A stretch of DNA of 64,000 bases from Nitrospirota bacterium (GTDB taxonomy: Bacteria > Nitrospirota > Thermodesulfovibrionia > Thermodesulfovibrionales > Dissulfurispiraceae): positions 1-64,000 of the forward strand of contig JBFMCP010000002.1 in assembly GCA_040754455.1 (NCBI GenBank), given 5' to 3'. The position numbers and the translations under genes were made by a program. Positions 58,374 to 64,000 of this stretch are shown here, piece after piece (position 1 is the first letter of the stretch; the number at the start of each line of letters is the position of its first letter). The notes beneath the pieces are model-generated. The model saw nothing but the letters and a program-made list of their open reading frames with translations, did no database searches and was not told where the DNA came from.

Positions 58374-59260
58374 TAGTTATTTATAGCTAGATCGAGCAGT
58401 TTCCAGTTTTTATCGTCGACATGTTGGACTTTGCAGGCATAGTGATTGCGCAGTTTAGCGCCGAAGCTGTTTTGAGCGTCGACGTAGGATATGATCATGA
58501 AGGTATTACGATCGATCGCTGTCAGTGTAGATTCGGTGGACGATGCAAAGTCAGCGGTGGAGGGAGCCTTGAGTTTTTTCTCTACGAATTGTTGGCACAT
58601 GACAAAGGCGTCGAATTTGGAGGGCTTATATTGGGGCTGGGCGGGGGGATTGTAATATGATGTCCCTTTTAAATATGCGCCGAGAAGAGAGAGGACCACG
58701 GCAAGGCAGATAAGGATGCCTATAGCCTTTCCCACTCTCTTAAAGTTAAAAGAGGTAGGACTCTCTTTAACAGGAGGAGGGGTATCTCCTAACTGATCGA
58801 GAAAGCTTTGCTCGGCAGGTGGTGCTTTTGATTCCACCTCTTGGACGGAGTGTAAAGCATCTCTTTTTATTTTTTCGAATTCGTCCATAAATCCCCCCTT
58901 AGAGACTGGTATAATAAATCCACCGCATTTAGTGCATTGTTGGGCATTCCCCGCCATCCATTCTGAACAATGAGGACATCTTTTCATAGGGAACTCACCA
59001 GACGCATATTGGGCTCTGATCCTATTTAAAGAGTCTGCTTCTTGATCATCGTCGAGAGGCAAGATAGAACAGGTACATTTTCTATGGAACGGCGGGTAAT
59101 CATCCTTTGTTGCTGTCGCTATTGCTATTTTTTTGTTTGCTTTCTTCTCACACTTAGGGCAGCAATCTACTGCAGGAGCTACCTCAAAATATTTATATTC
59201 GTCCTCGATAAATTCCTGCAGCTTCTTTTTGAAAAAAGCTTTCGTGGCATACGAGCCCAT
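58373..59260 (-). CDS. prophage accessory protein: MuF/gp7-like Cys-His motif + zinc ribbon + TM + extracytoplasmic domain (possible internal start at 58888)
   Basis: CPKC...PPFHRKCTC; CPHC..CTKC; one TM helix; LKAPSTADF...VDAQNSFGA. Confidence 0.7.
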   Translation of the reverse strand: MGSYATKAFFKKKLQEFIEDEYKYFEVAPAVDCCPKCEKKANKKIAIATATKDDYPPFHRKCTCSILPLDDDQEADSLNRIRAQYASGEFPMKRCPHCSEWMAGNAQQCTKCGGFIIPVSKGGFMDEFEKIKRDALHSVQEVESKAPPAEQSFLDQLGDTPPPVKESPTSFNFKRVGKAIGILICLAVVLSLLGAYLKGTSYYNPPAQPQYKPSKFDAFVMCQQFVEKKLKAPSTADFASSTESTLTAIDRNTFMIISYVDAQNSFGAKLRNHYACKVQHVDDKNWKLLDLAINN

Positions 59261-59274
59261 TCAACGGCCCCTGT

Positions 59275-59661
59275 TTATTTTTTTTTAGAGGGCTTTTTCT
59301 CCAACGCCCGATTAATCAGAAAATCGGTCATATCATCTAGTTCTTCGACCATGCCCAGCTCTTCGACCCGGCGGTATTTCTGGAGATGGAAATGTTCTCT
59401 TTTATCGGTGATGATAGGGGTCTTCTCGTTTATATAAAATTCATAGGGCTCCACATTAAATGCTTTGCAGAATCGCTCCATCAGCTCCTTTCCCATAGGG
59501 ATGTGCCCATTTTCTATCCCGCTCACTCTTTGTCTTTCAATTCCCATAGCCTCGCCAACTTGCTTCTGAGAGATATCTAATTTTTTCCGTAATCTTTTCA
59601 GATTTTTGCCAATAAGGATATCAATATCCTTGGGGGGCGCTGATGTTTTCTTTTTTGCCAT
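59275..59661 (-). CDS. XRE-family HTH repressor (CI-like)
   Basis: IGKNLKRLRKKLDISQKQVGEAMGIERQRVSGIENG; divergent from the early operon. Confidence 0.9.
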   Translation of the reverse strand: MAKKKTSAPPKDIDILIGKNLKRLRKKLDISQKQVGEAMGIERQRVSGIENGHIPMGKELMERFCKAFNVEPYEFYINEKTPIITDKREHFHLQKYRRVEELGMVEELDDMTDFLINRALEKKPSKKK

Positions 59662-59715
59662 GTTTAATGATAGAAAAGTTTCCATTTTTTAGAAATTCCT
59701 AAAAAATAATGCTTT

Positions 59716-59801
59716 TTAGAACTATAGGAATCAACTATTAGAACCATAGGAATTAAAAATTAATTCTCATATTGACAAAGGAATCAATAATTGATTACAT
59801 T
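59716..59801 (+). promoter_or_regulatory. prophage switch region: rightward promoter with three AGGAAT-initiated operator-like sites
   Basis: TTGACA(59772)-18-TACATT; palindrome AATCAAT-A-ATTGATT between -35 and -10; TTAGAACYATAGGAAT repeated at 22-bp spacing. Confidence 0.65.
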
Positions 59802-59810
59802 CTCCACGTC

Positions 59811-60116
59811 ATGGTTAACGATCGATTCATAAAAAACTTCTTCGACCTCAAAAAATCGCTAACAAAGAGTGTGGAGCCAGGGGTGCAACAACCCTCATAT
59901 GGGATCGTTCGCCATGACAACCCTGTCTCTGCACTTTGTGATGCCGGGGAGACGGCAAGAAAGTTGCCATACACTTCTTTCTCTCCCCGCCGCGCTCCCC
60001 GGCTCATAAAGTCCCTTTTCACGTTTGTATTTAGCCACATCGCCTCAAATGCCGCAATTATAAGAATTCAATTTTTTATAACGCCGAGCTTTGAGGTGAC
60101 TTATGGAAAATTATGA
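59811..60116 (+). CDS. hypothetical ORF in the cro position (no HTH evident)
   Basis: Open frame starting 9 nt after the -10 box and overlapping the next gene; no motif. Confidence 0.35.
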   Translation: MVNDRFIKNFFDLKKSLTKSVEPGVQQPSYGIVRHDNPVSALCDAGETARKLPYTSFSPRRAPRLIKSLFTFVFSHIASNAAIIRIQFFITPSFEVTYGKL

Positions 60117-60567
60117 GGCTATTAAACGTTGTTGCGGAAAGTTTATAGCTGAGATTGCGAAACGCCTCGGGCTCAAGCCTGTAACCGTCTATAAATGGAC
60201 TGAACCTTCTGAAGACTTCACCGATTCCGGAGCCCTGAATCCTGTCGACCGGCTTGAGATCATGATGGAGGCGAGCATGTCACTCGGGAACTCCTTCGAG
60301 GATGCGACGGCGCCGCTTCAACGCCTTAACTCTCGTTTTGGGATTATCGGCATCACCCTGCCGAAAAACATTTCTAGCAATGGGGAGCTCTCGCAGGAGC
60401 TCCTTTCCACCATACAGGAATTCGGCCATCTTGCAGAGGAAGCATCCAAGGCCTTTGCAGACGGCAAGCTGACACCCAAGGAGTACCGGCGCATCGAGAA
60501 AGAGGGCTGGGATCTGATCAGGCAGGTAACTGCTTTTATGCACAAGGCAAAGGAGTCTGCTCGATGA
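60103..60567 (+). CDS. phage regulatory CII-like (CP76-type) protein
   Basis: N-terminal HTH (IAKRLGLKPVTVYKW); C-terminal EFGHLAEEASKAFADGKLTPKE. Confidence 0.75.
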   Translation: MENYEAIKRCCGKFIAEIAKRLGLKPVTVYKWTEPSEDFTDSGALNPVDRLEIMMEASMSLGNSFEDATAPLQRLNSRFGIIGITLPKNISSNGELSQELLSTIQEFGHLAEEASKAFADGKLTPKEYRRIEKEGWDLIRQVTAFMHKAKESAR

Positions 60568-61025
60568 ACGGAGCCGGTATAGAAGAATTGAAATTATCTG
60601 GCAGTCAGTCCCCCCTGCTGTCAGGTATTCCATCAGGAGAGGAGCCTGCCTCCTCTCCTGAGTATTTTCTTAACACCTCTATGGTGGCCGATATCCTTTT
60701 GCGGCTTGCGCAGAATGAATCCCTCCAAACGGTCTTGATTCAGCATTTTTTCTCTGATGTGATCCTCCAGGAACTGCAGCGCAGAGGGATCGTTGAACCT
60801 TTAATGGACATCGAGGACCTTGCCAAAACGCTCAATCTGACAACCGAAGGGATATACAAAAAAATTCAGAATGAGGAGCTGGGGATTCCTTTTATCAATA
60901 AGGGAAGATGGGGCGGATATAAATTTGACCCGAAAGATGTGCGCGAAGCAATTCGCAAGGCAAAGGTGCATCCGATCGTCAGGCCAGCGAGTCTGAAGCG
61001 GGTAAGAGTAGGGCGACATGGATAA
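60564..61025 (+). CDS. excisionase-like HTH protein
   Basis: LMDIEDLAKTLNLTTEGIYKKI...IPFINKG...YKFDPKDV winged HTH. Confidence 0.7.
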   Translation: MNGAGIEELKLSGSQSPLLSGIPSGEEPASSPEYFLNTSMVADILLRLAQNESLQTVLIQHFFSDVILQELQRRGIVEPLMDIEDLAKTLNLTTEGIYKKIQNEELGIPFINKGRWGGYKFDPKDVREAIRKAKVHPIVRPASLKRVRVGRHG

Positions 61026-61362
61026 GGTACGAGAAATGGTGACCGGAATTCTAGCACAAAAGGGGGAAGCTATGTGGCAAGTTAGGGCTTTGGTTTTTGT
61101 GGTTCTGGTTTTGTCGATCCCTACAGCTTTTATCTGGGGCTGGACGATCGGCGTCAATGACGGGGTCGAGACGGGCAGCAGGCTCGCATATGCGGAGATG
61201 AATAATCTGCTGCGCGAGGGGGCTGCAGGGCACACGCATTTCATGATTCAGGGGCTCGATGCAAAGTTTGTCCCGAGGCCACGGAAGACGATGGATTTCC
61301 AGATTGCCGGCGCCGGCGCCGACACGCCGGTGATCACGGCGCAGGCGAGGGCGGCCCGATGA
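61018..61362 (+). CDS. phage hypothetical membrane protein
   Basis: One TM helix; overlaps both neighbours. Confidence 0.65.
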   Translation: MDKVREMVTGILAQKGEAMWQVRALVFVVLVLSIPTAFIWGWTIGVNDGVETGSRLAYAEMNNLLREGAAGHTHFMIQGLDAKFVPRPRKTMDFQIAGAGADTPVITAQARAAR

Positions 61363-61544
61363 AGGGTTCGGTATGGCTGGCGCAAGTGATGCCGATTGTC
61401 TGCACATTGCTGCTCAGCGGTATCTATCCGGACTCGCTGTCGTTCTGGGTGATCATGGCGTTTGTCGCCTGGATATTTCTGAGCCGTGGGAAGTCTGATT
61501 GCGAGCTGATGAAATGTCCGTTCATTAAAAAGGGAAAAGGCTAA
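61359..61544 (+). CDS. phage small membrane protein (2 TM)
   Basis: ATGA overlap; two hydrophobic segments. Confidence 0.55.
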   Translation: MKGSVWLAQVMPIVCTLLLSGIYPDSLSFWVIMAFVAWIFLSRGKSDCELMKCPFIKKGKG

Positions 61545-61653
61545 AGCGATATACACCCCCCTTACCGGGGAGCTAGGGCATGCAACCCGAACGGCTGAAG
61601 GCCTCCAGCCTGCTCCCCGGTGCACCTGAGGCGCTACATGACAGGAGGCAGTC

Positions 61654-62289
61654 ATGGAAAAAACAGAAGTCAGGAGTCAGGAGTCAGAAGCCAGAATGGA
61701 ACAGAAGAAGAGCATTTTTGATGGGCTGGTGGAAGTGAAGGAGGAAGGGAGCTTTTATCCCATTATAGAGATCCGCGGAATGAAGTGGGAACGCCGGCAC
61801 ACTTCTTATTTGAATGACATATTTTCCAAGGATAGCAATAAAGAAATCACGATTAAAGATCGTGCGGGGAAAGCAGATTGTAACATCAGCTTTGAGATCG
61901 GGCACGGGCATCGTCTATGGAGATGCAGGAACTTCGATTCCCTTATTGAGGCAGTGGAATACGCATTGGGTCAAGGAATTGAATTGCGCGAGGCTGCAGG
62001 TGTTATTTGGTATAGGTTTTTCGGAGATCGTAAATGGGAAGCGGCATTTTCTCCTGGAGACAAGGGAGACCTGTTCCAGCATGATGAAGGAGATTTTTCT
62101 ATTGAACGGCACCTGCACAGAGGTAATGAATACTTTTCGCTCAGATATTCGGGCAACAACTACAGAGAGGGCCTCGACTGTCGAGTGCTCGACTTTGAGA
62201 CCGCTGCTAAGAAATGTGCTTCGATCTTCATCGGCCTTGAATGGATGAGAGCATCAATGCCGCAGCCGAAAGAGGAGGCGAAGGCATGA
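61654..62289 (+). CDS. phage hypothetical protein
   Basis: AGGAGG RBS; 211-aa ORF. Confidence 0.7.
   Translation: MEKTEVRSQESEARMEQKKSIFDGLVEVKEEGSFYPIIEIRGMKWERRHTSYLNDIFSKDSNKEITIKDRAGKADCNISFEIGHGHRLWRCRNFDSLIEAVEYALGQGIELREAAGVIWYRFFGDRKWEAAFSPGDKGDLFQHDEGDFSIERHLHRGNEYFSLRYSGNNYREGLDCRVLDFETAAKKCASIFIGLEWMRASMPQPKEEAKA
61664..61698 (+). repeat. CAGRAGN heptamer array in a phage gene 5' end
   Basis: CAGAAGT CAGGAGT CAGGAGT CAGAAGC CAGAATG. Confidence 0.8.
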
Positions 62290-63356
62290 AAACGATAAGC
62301 TCGTGGCAATACTTTCATCCTGGAAGTAATACCATATATCTCAATTTGAACAGCAGCTCCGGAAAGATCCTTCGACTGGCTCCCGGGCAAGAGCCTTGTT
62401 TTGTCTATAACGGACTCAACCTTCACAATGTTCTACAGGCAGGCTCCCCAAGCTGGCCTCCCACATTCGAATACCTGCAATGCACTGAAGGGGCTGAGAA
62501 CCTCAAAGAACTCATTCTGGATAACGTCCCTGCCCCGCCAGCCCAGAGGATGTTACTTGCATGCTGGATGATTTCGATCTTTACGGCAGGCTTGCTGCCT
62601 GAGCGAGGGTTGCTGCATCTCCTGGGGAATTCTTCCTGTGGGAAATCGAAAACCGCCGAGCGGCTGCATCAGCTGATCAATGGATGCAATTCTTTGCCTG
62701 CGATGTCGATGGCATTTGCGGAGAAATGGGCTATGCGCTATCCGCTGGTAGTGCTCGACAATCTCGAAAACAGGAACCTGGAGAGGAAGACGGTCAATTC
62801 TTTATTGCTCATGTCCCATGGCGCATATTGCCATAGGATGCACGGCGATAGCCCCATCTTGAAAAAGTTCGAGGCGATGACCTTAATCACCGGCATCGAA
62901 GCTTTCCCCAGCAGATTGCCGGAACTGGCGAATAGGGCGATCCCCTTGATGCTGTCTCCGTGCTATAAGCAGGAAGGATACCGGCACGATGAGAACATGC
63001 ATGATGTAGCAAGGAAGAGAAACGTTCTCCTTTCCTCGATCTTTCGCATGATCTCGCTCGAAGTGCTCCCCGGCCTGGAGGACCGCGGGTACTGGGTTCA
63101 TTACCTCGAGGAGAAATACCCCGGGCATCCGCGAGCAAGGCTCAACGGCCATCTCAGTACCATGATGATCATCCTCGAGGCACTTCTGAAGCACATCCCC
63201 TATGGCCGGACTATGGATGAAGCCCTTGGGAAATTAGAGGATAACTGGGACGCCGAAACACGCAGGAAAAGAGCTACCGAAATACTTGCCGGCTGGATGT
63301 TTGAGTGGGCAAGGTTCGATGGGCAGATATCTACGGAGGAGGCTACGACGAAGTGA
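62286..63356 (+). CDS. phage P-loop NTPase (helicase-like domain, no primase domain)
   Basis: Walker A GNSSCGKS, Walker B VVLDNLE, ELANR putative Arg finger; ATGA overlap with GAGG RBS. Confidence 0.7.
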   Translation: MKTISSWQYFHPGSNTIYLNLNSSSGKILRLAPGQEPCFVYNGLNLHNVLQAGSPSWPPTFEYLQCTEGAENLKELILDNVPAPPAQRMLLACWMISIFTAGLLPERGLLHLLGNSSCGKSKTAERLHQLINGCNSLPAMSMAFAEKWAMRYPLVVLDNLENRNLERKTVNSLLLMSHGAYCHRMHGDSPILKKFEAMTLITGIEAFPSRLPELANRAIPLMLSPCYKQEGYRHDENMHDVARKRNVLLSSIFRMISLEVLPGLEDRGYWVHYLEEKYPGHPRARLNGHLSTMMIILEALLKHIPYGRTMDEALGKLEDNWDAETRRKRATEILAGWMFEWARFDGQISTEEATTK

Positions 63357-63538
63357 AGACCAGTGCATTCTACATGAAGTCGGAGGTCTTTCAGCAGCAC
63401 GTCGGAGTGATCACCTTGCCGCTCTACGTCCTGGACACGGCTCGTTGTATCAACACTGCGGGGCAGAAACTCGGAGAGCTGATCATTCTCCGGAAGGATC
63501 CTAAGCCGTATGTCACCGATCTGCAGGGAATGAACTGA
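63353..63538 (+). CDS. phage hypothetical protein (61 aa)
   Basis: GTGA overlap with GGAGGAGG upstream. Confidence 0.55.
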   Translation: MKTSAFYMKSEVFQQHVGVITLPLYVLDTARCINTAGQKLGELIILRKDPKPYVTDLQGMN

Positions 63539-63675
63539 TGAATGCGATCGAGTTGGCGCGCAAGATGAGAGAAAAGGAGTGCCAGGAAAAGGGGATCGTC
63601 CCGGCGATCCGGATCGCTCTCAACGTGAAGACCAATATTGGTTATTACTTTACAGATATACAAGGGAGGAATTGA
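63538..63675 (+). CDS. phage hypothetical protein (45 aa)
   Basis: TGATG overlaps at both ends; MNAIELARKMREKECQEKG... Confidence 0.5.
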   Translation: MNAIELARKMREKECQEKGIVPAIRIALNVKTNIGYYFTDIQGRN

Positions 63676-63938
63676 TGAGCAAAGACCCCATCTACACTGA
63701 AGAATACATGGAAGCAAGGCGAGCAAAACCAGGAGATGAAAGCAGGGCGATCGTCTTAATGATTGGTGATCGTTTCTTCTGTGGTTTCGGCAAGAAAGAC
63801 CGAGTGATTGTTGCTTGGTCTCTTGCCGGAGCCTGGCTTTTTGGTTCGTGGGATCCTGACGGTATAGCAAAGATTGAGAGCAGGATAACAAAGAGAGGAA
63901 TAACATTCGAGAGGAGAATTGTTTCCCTTGAGCAATAA
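63675..63938 (+). CDS. phage hypothetical protein (87 aa)
   Basis: GGGAGG RBS and TGATG overlap; MSKDPIYTEEY... Confidence 0.55.
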   Translation: MSKDPIYTEEYMEARRAKPGDESRAIVLMIGDRFFCGFGKKDRVIVAWSLAGAWLFGSWDPDGIAKIESRITKRGITFERRIVSLEQ

Positions 63939-64000
63939 TCCTTTCTTTGAATGTAAAAAGCTCTCTATCCAATTCATGAGGCCCTCGGAATGCGTCAGGA

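Larger units (their letters stand above)
57056..64000. mobile_element. prophage end: att-int-accessory-cI | cII-xis-early genes; continues beyond the window
   Basis: tRNA fragment, tyrosine integrase, divergent XRE repressor, CII-like and Xis-like genes, short overlapping ORFs, AT-richer segment. Confidence 0.9.

Overview
Bacterial chromosomal window of moderately high GC. Gene content and order suggest an anaerobic Nitrospirota/Thermodesulfovibrionia-like organism (inference only). Positions 1-30.7 kb are mostly housekeeping: rpsU-yqeY-(Nif3 pseudogene)-dnaG, hisC-hisB, thyX, ileS-lspA, nfo, and trmFO-xerC-hslVU-rlpA-argB. This part also carries a 2-oxoacid dehydrogenase E1a/E1b/E2 cluster coupled to a split ADP-forming acyl-CoA synthetase, and an RpoD-paralog sigma factor behind a c-di-GMP-I riboswitch. 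Positions 30.8-48.1 kb form an energy-metabolism island with three parts: the Wood-Ljungdahl CODH/ACS cluster (cooC-acsE-acsD-acsC-acsB-cooS); a four-gene HydABC/NuoEFG-like operon; and nfnAB. The four-gene operon has bifurcating-type signatures, a CBS-fused flavoprotein, a stand-alone duplicate of the HydB C-terminal arm, and no recognisable catalytic site. It shares a TGTTAC-N5-GTAACA palindrome with the acs operon. Positions 48-57 kb hold murB, hisG, scpA, an octaheme cytochrome and an amino-acid dehydrogenase. From 57,056 to the end is one end of a prophage integrated at a tRNA-Glu(CTC). Across the window, about ten short degenerate 7-bp-period repeat arrays, many paired as inverted arms, lie mostly at gene junctions and often overlap stop or start codons; one encodes most of the RlpA signal peptide. 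All calls come from reading motifs by eye; no database searches were run.
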